Positions 21,441-31,534 of a stretch of DNA of 64,000 nucleotides are shown here, piece after piece. The DNA comes from Candidatus Latescibacterota bacterium (lineage in GTDB: Bacteria; Krumholzibacteriota; Krumholzibacteriia; WVZY01), in contig CAWBQK010000017.1 in NCBI GenBank assembly GCA_963791045.1, forward strand, positions 1-64,000, in the 5' to 3' direction. Under the pieces are notes generated by a model. That model saw nothing but the letters and a program-made list of their open reading frames with translations. It was not told the origin of the DNA and did no database searches. Made by a program: the position numbers and the translations under genes. Position 1 is the first letter of the stretch. The number at the start of each line of letters is the position of its first letter.

Positions 21441-21512
21441 ATTGCCCCTGACGATGGACTCATCGACGCCAAATCGATTTGTGAGAGCCGGAACAACACA
21501 AGGAATCGCACC

Positions 21513-24362
21513 ATGAGGCACTCAATCTGGCTGTTTTTCGTTGCCATTGGTATTGGTATTGGTTTGCCCGCGCGTGCCATTATCGCTCCGAGACACGGCG
21601 GTCCTCTTCCGGAACCATACTTTGAAGTCAAGGCGCGTGATGCCGGCGCGTTCTTGATGACGCGGGGCTGGATTCAGAAAGCCGAACGCGTCAGGCTTCA
21701 ACGTGAGTTGTATTTGAATTCGGACTTGTTCCAGCCCACCGCGCCACTGGCGGCACGCTACCAGGTTAGCGGTGATTTCAGCTTCCCCGTTCTCCTCGGT
21801 GAATTCGTAAACCAGCCTGGGGTGTTTCAACCTGACAGTCTCGCCAAAGAATTGTTCACCGGGCCGTGGCCGACGGGAACACTCGACGAGTACTACGGAG
21901 AAGTATCGTACGGCTCATTGAGTATTTCCGGCGTCGTCGCCGACTGGGTGACGACGTTTCAACAGGATTTTCATTACGAGGGGGCCAGCAACGGGTTGGT
22001 GCCCAACGATGCACGGACGGGTGAGTTCATAAAGGAGCTGCTCGACGCGAACGATGCGGGAATCGATTTCAGCCAGTATGACAACGACGGTCCGGACGGC
22101 GAGCCCAACTCGGGCGACGACGACGGCTATGTCGATTTTATAGTCTTTGTTCACAGCGAAAGCGGATCCGAGTGCGACGAGTTCAGTCCGAACATCTTGT
22201 CTCATTCGTGGGTTTATCGCGGTTGGCCGATTTCCGGAAGCGCTCCGTACACTACGGGTGATGCCTGCGAAAACGGCGGCAATATCCTTATTGATGACTA
22301 CACGATTCAGTCGGGGCTGTCATGCGATACGGGGATTATCGAGATTGGGAGCTTCGCCCATCACATCGGTCATGCGCTCGGACTCCCCGATCTTTTTGAC
22401 CCCAATGGTGGAAGCAGCGGGGTGGGTCATTGGGACCTGATGGGTTCCGGATACTGGAACACGCCGGCCTCTCCGGCGCACCTGTCCGTCTGGTGCAGAA
22501 AAGAGTTGGGGTGGGTCGTCCCCACGCTTGCAACCGGGGTGGAACAAACCGTGTTGATTCCACAGATTGAGACAAGCCCAACATGTTTCGAACTCCCATT
22601 TACCGACAACCTTTTTCAAAGAGCCGCCGACTGCGCGATCGACGGGACGTATTCGCTTCGGTGCGGCCTTGACGCCTCGGAAGCGACGGCGCGTGGTTGG
22701 GATGGCGGCGCCGGATATGGGAACGGGTGGACCGAGTCCGTCGAGCATCAGTTCGATTTTGACGGCACCGTTCCCGTGACATTTTCTTACGACTTCAGTC
22801 ACGAACTCGAACCGCTCGCGGATTCCGTGACGGTTTACATCACGGTTGCGGGGGGGCACTCGGCGCTCATCGGGTATACGGGAAATGGATTCGGTTCGGA
22901 ATCGATCGATATATCGTCATACCTTGCGGCGGCGGTGGCCCCGTTCGAATACACACTGGAGTTTGTTGTCGAAACAGACGAAGCGTGGTCCGACGAGGAC
23001 GGTAAACACGTGACGACCTGCGGCGCGTTCGTCGTCGATAACGTTGCCGTGACCGGTGGTGGGGAGGCGTACTCCTGTGATTTCGAAAGCTCGGTGGATG
23101 GTTGGTATCAGAATCCGGTGAAAAACCCGGCGACCGAATACTGGCTGGTCGAGAACAGGCAGCCCGTCGGGTTCGACTCAGAACTCCACAATTCCGGCTT
23201 GCTCATCTGGCATGTCGACGAAACGACACTTCGATCGGCACTCGGAAATTCCGGTGGAACGACAAACAACTCCGTTCGAGGTCTCGTTCTCGAGGAAGCC
23301 GATGGCGTGGGACATCTGCTTCAGGATCCAAAAACGACCGGCAACGCCGGTGATACGGGAGACCCGTTTCCGGGCTCGACAACGAATACCGAATTTAGTT
23401 CGGGGTCGACGCCAAACAGCAACAACAATTCCGATCACTCGACACAAATAGGGGCTTACACAATTAGCCCATCGTCGGAGACTATGACCGCGCAGCTGCG
23501 GGCGGGCGATCCGGGCCCCGTCTTGTCCGCGGTGAGCCCTGATGTTGTTAACAACGATCTCTTGTGGGTTGAAATACAAATCGACGGGGATGCTTTCATG
23601 CCGGGAGCGACCGTTTGGTTTACGAGGCCGGACGCGGATGATTTCCATGCGTCCAATGTGCGATGGAAAGACCCGAGTACACTTTTTGCGGATTTCTATG
23701 TATACAGCAAACCAGGCGGACAGTGGGAACTCCATGTGATGAACCCAGACGGTGGGATGGCGTTCATGGTTGGTGCGGTGACGATGGTTCAGATCGTTGC
23801 CACCCAGCTTGTCGCGGCGATGATCGAAATTCGTTCCGACGCGGTGGAGCTTGTTTTTGAACTTCGATCCAAAGAAGAAAGAGAACAGCTCGTCGTGTCG
23901 AGATCGGATGCCCCGTCGGGACCGTGGGCGCGGCTCGCGATAGAGCCGGAAGAGTTTTCACTCGACATGTATCGGTTCGTCGACGCGTCCGTCGAGCCCG
24001 GGCGATCGTACTCCTATCGGCTTGAAGTGTGGGATGGGGGAGAAATGAGGGAGTTATATCGCACCAGTGTAGAGTTCCCGTCGGTCACATTTGCCCTCGA
24101 ACAGAACATCCCCAATCCATTCAATCCCACGACGACCATTGCTTTCTTCTTGCCGACAACAGCGTGGGTGGCGCTCGATGTGTTTGATGTTTCCGGCCGG
24201 TTGGTCCGATCGCTGGCAGCCGAAGAGCTGCCACCAGGGCGGCACGAGCGGATGTGGGATGGCGCCGACCAAGGCGGAGACAGAGTTGTGTCGGGGATTT
24301 ACTTCTGCAAGTTGACGGCTGGCAAGGATACCCAGACCCGTAAGATGATTTTTCTCAAATGA
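21513..24362 (+). CDS. M6 (immune inhibitor A)-family metalloprotease homologue with FlgD-Ig/T9SS-like C-terminal domain; HExxH altered to HHIGH
   Basis: Signal peptide; YYGEVSYG, DFSQYDNDG, SHSW, FAHHIGHALGLPDL, WDLMGSG Met-turn, EYWLVENRQ, GLLIWHVDE; tail LEQNIPNPFNPTTTI...FDVSGRLV...SGIYF. Confidence 0.88.
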   Translation: MRHSIWLFFVAIGIGIGLPARAIIAPRHGGPLPEPYFEVKARDAGAFLMTRGWIQKAERVRLQRELYLNSDLFQPTAPLAARYQVSGDFSFPVLLGEFVNQPGVFQPDSLAKELFTGPWPTGTLDEYYGEVSYGSLSISGVVADWVTTFQQDFHYEGASNGLVPNDARTGEFIKELLDANDAGIDFSQYDNDGPDGEPNSGDDDGYVDFIVFVHSESGSECDEFSPNILSHSWVYRGWPISGSAPYTTGDACENGGNILIDDYTIQSGLSCDTGIIEIGSFAHHIGHALGLPDLFDPNGGSSGVGHWDLMGSGYWNTPASPAHLSVWCRKELGWVVPTLATGVEQTVLIPQIETSPTCFELPFTDNLFQRAADCAIDGTYSLRCGLDASEATARGWDGGAGYGNGWTESVEHQFDFDGTVPVTFSYDFSHELEPLADSVTVYITVAGGHSALIGYTGNGFGSESIDISSYLAAAVAPFEYTLEFVVETDEAWSDEDGKHVTTCGAFVVDNVAVTGGGEAYSCDFESSVDGWYQNPVKNPATEYWLVENRQPVGFDSELHNSGLLIWHVDETTLRSALGNSGGTTNNSVRGLVLEEADGVGHLLQDPKTTGNAGDTGDPFPGSTTNTEFSSGSTPNSNNNSDHSTQIGAYTISPSSETMTAQLRAGDPGPVLSAVSPDVVNNDLLWVEIQIDGDAFMPGATVWFTRPDADDFHASNVRWKDPSTLFADFYVYSKPGGQWELHVMNPDGGMAFMVGAVTMVQIVATQLVAAMIEIRSDAVELVFELRSKEEREQLVVSRSDAPSGPWARLAIEPEEFSLDMYRFVDASVEPGRSYSYRLEVWDGGEMRELYRTSVEFPSVTFALEQNIPNPFNPTTTIAFFLPTTAWVALDVFDVSGRLVRSLAAEELPPGRHERMWDGADQGGDRVVSGIYFCKLTAGKDTQTRKMIFLK

Positions 24363-24533
24363 TTCGGTTCGCGACTTTTTGGGGACTTTCGGAGCCCTGG
24401 GGCGAGTGGGGGAAGGAATGGATCGGGGCTGGGCGATCATCTTGTCTATCCCTGCGGAGTTAGCGTCGGATCAGAATCCCATTGCAATATACATATTCTT
24501 TCAACTATATTATACTACTTGTAGTTGTGGAGT

Positions 24534-24549
24534 GTTAGATGGCCCTAAC
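24534..24549. promoter_or_regulatory. Candidate DtxR/SirR-type operator
   Basis: GTTAG-ATGGCC-CTAAC inverted repeat (TTAG-N6-CTAA) lying between an AT-rich promoter region and the RBS of the DtxR-family gene. Confidence 0.55.
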
Positions 24550-24563
24550 TTGGGCCTGGAGAG

Positions 24564-25265
24564 GTGGACGAGGTGTTTCAAGACAAAGATCACGAATCGG
24601 AACTTCAGGACGAGATCCTCTCGGTTCTTTACGAGAAATGGGAACGTGAGGAAACGACGAGTCTCGAGAAGCTCGCCGAGTTTCAGCATGGAGAGCATCG
24701 TTTCAACCGCGGCGCCGTGGATCTCGCCGTGGGTACTGGTTTTATCGTCCAGCGAAACGGTCATGTCGAACTCACCGAGTCGGGTTTCCGGCAGGCCAAG
24801 ATGGTCACGCGATGTGCCAGGCTTGCCGAGAGATTGCTCGTCGACGTGTTGCGTGTCCGCGACGATTTGGTGGAGCCTTCGGCGTGCAGGCTCGAACACA
24901 ATCTCTCTAAAGAAGTAGCCGACAGCATCTGTACACTTCTTGGGCATCCCAGGACGTGCCCGCACGGACACCCGATCCCACCGGGTGAGTGCTGCCGCCG
25001 CGCAATGACGGAAGTCCAACCAATAGTCCGCCCGCTTTCTTCTTTGCGATCAGGTGAAGAGGGGACGGTGGCGTATATCAGTTCGAGGTTCCACAGTCGC
25101 TTGACGCGGCTGGCAAGCCTCGGAATCATGCCGGGGCAAATCGTGTTGGTCAAACAGGTCTTGCCCTCGATTGTGATTTCGTATGGCGAAACCGAATTGG
25201 CTCTCGAGAAAGATGTCGCCGACGAGATATATCTCAGAACTCTCAACCAAAAACAAAAACCTTAA
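24564..25265 (+). CDS. DtxR/MntR-family metal-dependent regulator with C-terminal FeoA domain
   Basis: VELTESG, RLAERLL, ACRLEH, CPHGHPIP; FeoA-like RLASLGIMPG; GTG start after GGAGAGG. Confidence 0.88.
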   Translation: MDEVFQDKDHESELQDEILSVLYEKWEREETTSLEKLAEFQHGEHRFNRGAVDLAVGTGFIVQRNGHVELTESGFRQAKMVTRCARLAERLLVDVLRVRDDLVEPSACRLEHNLSKEVADSICTLLGHPRTCPHGHPIPPGECCRRAMTEVQPIVRPLSSLRSGEEGTVAYISSRFHSRLTRLASLGIMPGQIVLVKQVLPSIVISYGETELALEKDVADEIYLRTLNQKQKP

Positions 25266-25302
25266 TCCGCAAGCACTGATCCGGGGATGACGTGACGGTC
25301 GA

Positions 25303-27465
25303 GTGTTTACGATGGGAAATCCACCTATGCAGGACCCGCTTGCCATAGCGAAAGATGTCAAAGACAAACCCGCGGTAATCCTCGTGGGGAATCCCAATGT
25401 GGGGAAGAGCGTTGTTTTTGCCTTTTTGACGGGCCGGTACACGTGGGTGTCGAATTTTCCGGGAACCACGGTCGAGGTTTCGCGCGGGAAACTACTGCGT
25501 CACGGCAACCGGACGGTTATCGACACACCCGGTGTCAACAGCCTTCATCCGCAGTCGGTGGACGAAAAAGTTACCCGCGACATTCTGCTTTCGTCTTTTG
25601 ACCGGCAAGTACTCCAGGTCGCCGATGCGAAGAATCTCCGCCGTAGTCTGACGATCACAACCCAACTGGCCGAGATGGGACTTCCCGTCGTTTTGGAACT
25701 CAACCTGATGGACGAAGCGAAGCGGTGCGGGGTCACGGTGTCCAGTTCCGCGCTCGCCGAGCGGATCGGCATTCCGGTGATCGAGACTGTTGCCACCGAG
25801 AAAAAGGGCCTCAAGGATGTCGAAAAGGGGCTCATGGAAGCGCCAAAAGTGCCGGATATCCAGGTTCGATACCCAGAGATTATTGAAGATACTATCGATA
25901 GAATCTCCCGCATTCTCCCGGACATGTCCATCAACAGCCGTGCGATCGCGCTCTTGTTTATGTCCGATCCGGCGGAGGCGACGGCGGCCTTCTCCTCTCG
26001 GATGACGCATGATGAGTGTGAGAGCGCGGCGGAAATAGCGAGAGAGACGCAATCGAGGTTTTCGCATCCGTTGAGTTATATCATCGGCGTGTCCCGGTCA
26101 AAGGTCGTCGACCAGCTTCTCGACGCTGTTTATAAAAAAGACGCAACACTTCTCGGTGAGAAAGCGGAACACAAGACTCGGGTCAAGAGTCTTTATGTCG
26201 CGATTTCCATCGCCGTTCTTTCCGCCGTTTTGTACGGCTTTTTTGGAATACAGACTCTTGGAGAGTGGGGTCTCCACCCTCTTCTTCTGCACGCGATCGG
26301 TCTTTTCGTTCTTTTCGCGGCGCTTCCATACCGCATGCTGACCAGGCTGACTACCCACCATATATTGGGCGCCGTGTTTTTGTTGGAGGTCCTCTATATG
26401 ACCTACAAATTTGTGGGTGTGTTTGGGGCCGGTACGCTCGTGGATCTACTTGAAGCGAAACTATTCGGTCAGCTTCTCCTTCCGCCGTTAACGCAGTTTC
26501 TCGACAAGATGGTCCCGTCCGAATTCGTTAAGGATCTGCTGGTCGGTGATTACGGGATCGTGTCGATGGGGTTGACCTACGCGATAGCCATCGTTCTTCC
26601 GATCGTCGCTACCTTCTTCATCGCTTTTGGAATTCTCGAAGATTCGGGTTATCTTCCGCGACTCTCGGTGATTGCCGATCGGGTGATGAAGCGGATGGGT
26701 CTTAATGGGAAGGCCGTCCTGCCCATGGTCCTCGGTTTGGGTTGTGTCACGATGGCAACCCTTACGACCCGGATTCTCGATTCGAGAAAAGAGAGGCTCA
26801 TCGCGACGCTTCTTCTCGCGCTGGGCGTGCCGTGCTCGGCGCAACTTGGCGTGATAATGGCGATGGCCGCTGGGAGTTCGATCGCTTGTGTGGCGACGGT
26901 ACTCGTCGTAGTTACAATGCAGCTCTTTATCGTTGGTTCATTGTCCAACAAAATTGTAAGAGGGCGGACGACGGATTTTATAGTCGAACTTCCGCCGCTG
27001 CGCGTGCCGCAGTTGGGGAACATCTGGCTAAAAACACGGCACCGGATAGTGTGGTTTCTCAAGGAAGCGGTGCCGCTATTTATTATTGGCACGTTCGTTC
27101 TGTTTATACTTGCCCGCTTTGGAGCGCTGGCCATGATGGAAATCGCCGCCCAGCCGGTGATTGGGGGTCTGCTCGGGCTTCCCGTGGAGAGCACCGCGGC
27201 GTTTATTGCAGGTTTCTTCCGTCGTGATTATGGAGCGGCGGGTTTGTTTGATCTCTTCTCGCAGGGAATGCTGTCCCCGAATCAGGTGGCTGTGAGCATG
27301 GTTGTCATTACATTGTTCGTTCCGTGTATTGCCAGCTTCTTCGTGATGATAAAAGAACGCGGTGTTTATGCCGCGCTGGTGATGGTCGCTTTTATTCTGC
27401 CGTTCTCGATTCTTATCGGATCGCTCCTGAATCTATTTCTCCATGTGACCGGGATACAGCTTTGA
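25303..27465 (+). CDS. feoB: Ferrous iron transporter FeoB
   Basis: GNPNVGKS, NFPGTTVE, DTPG, NLMD, LEDSGYLPR, GLGC, PCSAQ, FVPCIAS. Confidence 0.93.
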   Translation: MFTMGNPPMQDPLAIAKDVKDKPAVILVGNPNVGKSVVFAFLTGRYTWVSNFPGTTVEVSRGKLLRHGNRTVIDTPGVNSLHPQSVDEKVTRDILLSSFDRQVLQVADAKNLRRSLTITTQLAEMGLPVVLELNLMDEAKRCGVTVSSSALAERIGIPVIETVATEKKGLKDVEKGLMEAPKVPDIQVRYPEIIEDTIDRISRILPDMSINSRAIALLFMSDPAEATAAFSSRMTHDECESAAEIARETQSRFSHPLSYIIGVSRSKVVDQLLDAVYKKDATLLGEKAEHKTRVKSLYVAISIAVLSAVLYGFFGIQTLGEWGLHPLLLHAIGLFVLFAALPYRMLTRLTTHHILGAVFLLEVLYMTYKFVGVFGAGTLVDLLEAKLFGQLLLPPLTQFLDKMVPSEFVKDLLVGDYGIVSMGLTYAIAIVLPIVATFFIAFGILEDSGYLPRLSVIADRVMKRMGLNGKAVLPMVLGLGCVTMATLTTRILDSRKERLIATLLLALGVPCSAQLGVIMAMAAGSSIACVATVLVVVTMQLFIVGSLSNKIVRGRTTDFIVELPPLRVPQLGNIWLKTRHRIVWFLKEAVPLFIIGTFVLFILARFGALAMMEIAAQPVIGGLLGLPVESTAAFIAGFFRRDYGAAGLFDLFSQGMLSPNQVAVSMVVITLFVPCIASFFVMIKERGVYAALVMVAFILPFSILIGSLLNLFLHVTGIQL

Positions 27466-27490
27466 TCCACGCCCGGGTCATCGTTCGATT

Positions 27491-30328
27491 CTACTGAACA
27501 TACAAGACGGAATTGTGTCCGCCGTACCCGTCCGGTTCCTGCTCGGGAGTGGCGGGATCGAGAATCTCGTGACTGTTATTCACAAGAAAACGGTATGCGT
27601 AACGCCCCGGGGACAAGAAGAGGCTGATTTCCCATTTCCCCAAATTGTTTTTCCGCATGTTTGTGTTTGCCCCCGACCACCCGTTAAACGTTCCGACGAC
27701 CGAAACCGAATTGGCCTCGGAATCCGAGTAGGTGAGCGTTATCTGACGTTTGGTTTGACTTGGGTTTTCACCGTGGTCGTCCGGCCGCGCCGAAACACGG
27801 GCGCCAAGTTCCGCGTAGCCATCGATCAGTTCATAGAGGTTGTTGTTGAATTGATCGGACGCAAGATCCTCCTCATTGCCCAGCTGGAAGAACACCGTGG
27901 GTTGCTCTCTTGACACGGCCTTGATCATCACGTCATTCAAGCCCTGTTGGAGCGCTACACGAGCGTGTTTGAAAGGTGACGGATCGCCCGCCTCTACGCG
28001 AATGATTGGGTTGCCATTGATATAGAGCAGCGCCGGTGTATCGGATCCGAAAAACACCGTCGTCGTTTTTGGCGTTTCTGTTTCGATAACCGTATACAGA
28101 AATCCAACACTCCCCGTCGGCAATTGCTTGTCGAGCGTGATTCGGCCTTCATCCGCGTACGCGTCGTCGGCGAGGGGCCGCCAGCTTACTTCACCATAGG
28201 CTCCCTGGTAGTTGTGAAAAAGATTTACGCGCGACTCGGGCGCGAATCTTGCGTCGAGTCCTTCGAGTTTGTCCGCAAATGGTCCCACGAACATCCATCT
28301 GTAGTGTTTAAAAAAGTGTGATGATACGACGCCAACTTCTTCACCGTTGGACAGTACCTTCAGCGTAAAAGGAAACGACCCCGGTCGGCACGGATTGGGA
28401 ACAAGGATGTTCATATGAAAGGTGAAATGGTCGACGTGCGCCGGCATGCGGGCCTCGAGGGCCGGACCCTCCACGGGATTGAGTCCGACGGGGCTGAACC
28501 ACCTGGCATTGATCAGAGAGTCAAACGATCTGTGTTTCGTTATGTCGACTTCGACGGGCATTGTTCCTTCGGAAAGCGAAGTTCCCGCGGGGAATCTCAC
28601 GACGAAGGTCACAGGTTTGGTTACAAACACGCCTTTTTTGAAATGGCGTCGCGCGCTGCTTCCATCGGCGAACCGAATTTCGGCCGAAAGCGAAAAGGAA
28701 TGAATTCCCAACTCGGCTGTTCTCAGGTGCGTATACAAATAGGGAAAGCTATGAAGCGTGTCGGACGCCGAGATGTCCAGTGGCGGATCGGCGCTGAACA
28801 ATGTGTCGACACCCTGGTCGGTCATGACGACAATCGAACGAATGGCTACCGCGTTGCCGAGCGTCGACACAACGAAACGAACTGGAATGGATTCTCCGGG
28901 CGCAACGGTTTCCTTTAGCATCGTTGCCGTGAGGTTTAAGCCGTCGCTCGAGAGCCGCCGGGCTGATGCGAGGTCTTCGGCTTTCTTGAGTGTCTCAACG
29001 ACGTCGTCCCACAGGTCCGACACGGCTGAGTAAATATCGAATCCGGGCACAATCGAATTTTCGTTACGGTTGAAAAGCGTTTGATTTTTCCATCTCTCTC
29101 GAAGAGCTGAGATGCCGAAGTAAACCCGCCGAGCGGATTTGACAACAGACTCGGTGTCGGAAGCCGTTGTACCTCTCGGGGGCGTGGAACCGGCAGTGAG
29201 GAAATCGCGAATGTCGGTGATCGCCTCTCGAAGCTCGGCCGTGCCGGCCGCGTCGAGGAGCGATTTCTGAAATACGAGTTTGTCAAGAATATCGAGTTCG
29301 AGATACTCAGGAAACGGCGCGAAGGGTCCGCCACCGGAAAGGATACATCGTGTATACGCGTCGAGCGCATCCGATGGGGGTGTGTTCGGCGCGGTTTGAC
29401 GAGTGTTGGCTTCGTTGATTTGATATGTTTTAGCCCAGGTCTCGACCTCAACGTCAAAACTGTTCCTTTCGAGAGCCCCGAAAAGAAGCCTTGTTCGCAG
29501 CGCGCGGCTTGCCGAACCGGTCGCGGCTAGTTCGTTGTCTGTGAAATGTCCGGTCACGTAGTGCGACGGTGTTTCGGGCAAGAGGGTCTGGTCGTTTAAA
29601 ACATAGTTACGAATGACCGACGTCGATATGTTATCCCCGAGCAATTGTGAGAAATAGACAGGCAGCGCAGAGAGACCAAAAAAGAGACTCTCACGACGTC
29701 GCGCGTTTGCGCGGGTCGGAAGAAAAAAACCGGCGTCAGCGTCGAAACTCATCGCGACGATTCGTTTGCTGATTGTCTCCGCGCCCTGGTACCAGAAAAG
29801 GGCTTCGACGGGCATTTGCAGTTCAAGACAGATTGCTGAGAGGCTCAACATATCGAGCGCGAGCATCGTGTTGAAACCTACGTCCTCGAGATCCGGAGCG
29901 TAGTGGGTGGTGGTCGATGATCGTTCGATAAGGAAATCACCGTCGACGTCGTGATAAATGAAGAGATAATTGAAATAATTTTTTGAAACGACCTGGGCCT
30001 GCTGCAAAATGGCCGGGTCATGGGATTCACGATACAATTCGAGTGCAAGGGTAGCCATCAGCGGGTGATAGTAGAAAACACTGTCCGCGCCCTGAAAACG
30101 GATGTCACCGTTTGATTGCTGGTTTGAAAATAAGTTCTCGAGTCGCAGGCGAAGCCCCGTCTCGTCCCCGCTGCACAAGTTGGTGTCGTGTGCGCCCGGG
30201 GACGACGAAGCGCCGGTTTTGCGGGGTTCGTTATTGTCGGCGGAGGCCGAGTTGAGCGGGCTTGCCGAAGTGAGAAGACAAATCAGCCCGAAGGCCAGCA
30301 CAACGAAAATTTTGACCGACGTGTTCAT
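27491..30328 (-). CDS. Large secreted protein with C-terminal glycogen-binding (CBM48/AMPK-CBM) domain and possible N-terminal helical glycoside-hydrolase-like domain
   Basis: Signal peptide; C-terminal ANSVSVVGTFNGWS...LSPGRYAYRFLVN...DGYGGHNS. Confidence 0.7.
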   Translation of the reverse strand: MNTSVKIFVVLAFGLICLLTSASPLNSASADNNEPRKTGASSSPGAHDTNLCSGDETGLRLRLENLFSNQQSNGDIRFQGADSVFYYHPLMATLALELYRESHDPAILQQAQVVSKNYFNYLFIYHDVDGDFLIERSSTTTHYAPDLEDVGFNTMLALDMLSLSAICLELQMPVEALFWYQGAETISKRIVAMSFDADAGFFLPTRANARRRESLFFGLSALPVYFSQLLGDNISTSVIRNYVLNDQTLLPETPSHYVTGHFTDNELAATGSASRALRTRLLFGALERNSFDVEVETWAKTYQINEANTRQTAPNTPPSDALDAYTRCILSGGGPFAPFPEYLELDILDKLVFQKSLLDAAGTAELREAITDIRDFLTAGSTPPRGTTASDTESVVKSARRVYFGISALRERWKNQTLFNRNENSIVPGFDIYSAVSDLWDDVVETLKKAEDLASARRLSSDGLNLTATMLKETVAPGESIPVRFVVSTLGNAVAIRSIVVMTDQGVDTLFSADPPLDISASDTLHSFPYLYTHLRTAELGIHSFSLSAEIRFADGSSARRHFKKGVFVTKPVTFVVRFPAGTSLSEGTMPVEVDITKHRSFDSLINARWFSPVGLNPVEGPALEARMPAHVDHFTFHMNILVPNPCRPGSFPFTLKVLSNGEEVGVVSSHFFKHYRWMFVGPFADKLEGLDARFAPESRVNLFHNYQGAYGEVSWRPLADDAYADEGRITLDKQLPTGSVGFLYTVIETETPKTTTVFFGSDTPALLYINGNPIIRVEAGDPSPFKHARVALQQGLNDVMIKAVSREQPTVFFQLGNEEDLASDQFNNNLYELIDGYAELGARVSARPDDHGENPSQTKRQITLTYSDSEANSVSVVGTFNGWSGANTNMRKNNLGKWEISLFLSPGRYAYRFLVNNSHEILDPATPEQEPDGYGGHNSVLYVQ

Positions 30329-30750
30329 CGTCCGACTGTTCCACGGGCAAAGAGTGGATTGTTTTTGATTTCAGCCAATTTGTGTGCCGGCGCGCGATGC
30401 GGGCCAGCGTAACCTGTGTATGCAAATACGGTTCCGTAAACGGCCTCCGTGGAGTTTTTTGTTGACGGGGAGGGGATCGTGGGGTAGTCTCAGGCCAAGC
30501 AACTTATTACTACACAATTGCTTAAATGATTTGCGCGGAAAGATGGGCGAGACGCCCGGCCCGTCGGCGAAACCGATTCTCTGGGGCGGGTCGACCGCGG
30601 TGTCTCTTGTGAATTGCTCGCCAATCCGGCATCGATATTCCACACCATAAAATGCCGAACTTCGGTTTGGCTAACGCACATGGGCTATCGCGCGCAGGTT
30701 GGCGCACACAGGCTCTCAGGCACAAGACAACGGTGACAAGGAGGACGAAA

Positions 30751-31533
30751 GTGGCATACGAGCACGTAACGATCGAGAAAAAAGATGGAACCGCCTATAT
30801 AACGCTGAACCGGCCCAAGGTACTGAACGCGCTCAACGACGCGCTTATGGGGGAACTCGGCGATGTTTTTGAAGATGTTGGCAAAGACGACTCGATTTCA
30901 GTTCTGATACTCACGGGGTCGGGAGAGAAAGCGTTTGCCGCCGGCGCGGACATCTCCGAAATTACGAAGAAGGACGCCCTCAAGGGACTGGCAATGGCCG
31001 AAAACGGCCAGCGTGTCTTGCGTTTGCTGGAAACGATGCGCAAGCCGTCGATTGCGGCCGTGAATGGTTTTGCGCTTGGCGGCGGATGTGAGATTTCGAT
31101 GGCGTGCACGATCCGTATTGCCGCCGACAACGCGAAATTCGGACAACCCGAAGTCAACCTCGGTATCATCCCCGGTTATGCGGGTACCCAACGTCTGTGT
31201 CGGATCGTCGGGCGTGGCGTTGCGATGGAATTGGTTCTCACAGGCAGAATCATCGACGCCGACGAGGCGTTGAGAATTGGACTGGTCACGCAGGTTGTGC
31301 CCGCGGCGGATTTGATGGCGGCGGCCGACAAGCTGGCGAAGACACTAAAAGGCAAGGGCCCGATAGCGCTTCGCGCCGCGATGGAAGTGATCAACCAGGG
31401 ATTTGATTTGAGTTTTGATGACGCGTGTCGTCTCGAAGCAAATATGTTCGGCGTGTTGTGCGCCACCGAAGACATGAAAGAGGGAACGGGGGCGTTCCTC
31501 GAAAAGCGGAAACCTGATTTCAAAGGTAAGTAA
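30751..31533 (+). CDS. Enoyl-CoA hydratase (crotonase)
   Basis: LNRPKVLNAL, AFAAGADI, GFALGGGCE, FGQPEVNLG; GTG start after AAGGAGG. Confidence 0.93.
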   Translation: MAYEHVTIEKKDGTAYITLNRPKVLNALNDALMGELGDVFEDVGKDDSISVLILTGSGEKAFAAGADISEITKKDALKGLAMAENGQRVLRLLETMRKPSIAAVNGFALGGGCEISMACTIRIAADNAKFGQPEVNLGIIPGYAGTQRLCRIVGRGVAMELVLTGRIIDADEALRIGLVTQVVPAADLMAAADKLAKTLKGKGPIALRAAMEVINQGFDLSFDDACRLEANMFGVLCATEDMKEGTGAFLEKRKPDFKGK

Positions 31534-31534
31534 G

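Noticed and set aside
30370-30392. Sigma54-like GGCAC-N5-TTGG on the minus strand upstream of the 945-aa gene
   Set aside because: The invariant -12 GC is not at the required spacing.
30690-30745. CTCTCAGG word resembling the 3' end of a glycine riboswitch upstream of the crotonase
   Set aside because: The upstream GGAGA and CCGAAG elements and the pairing stems were not found, and the gene context does not fit.
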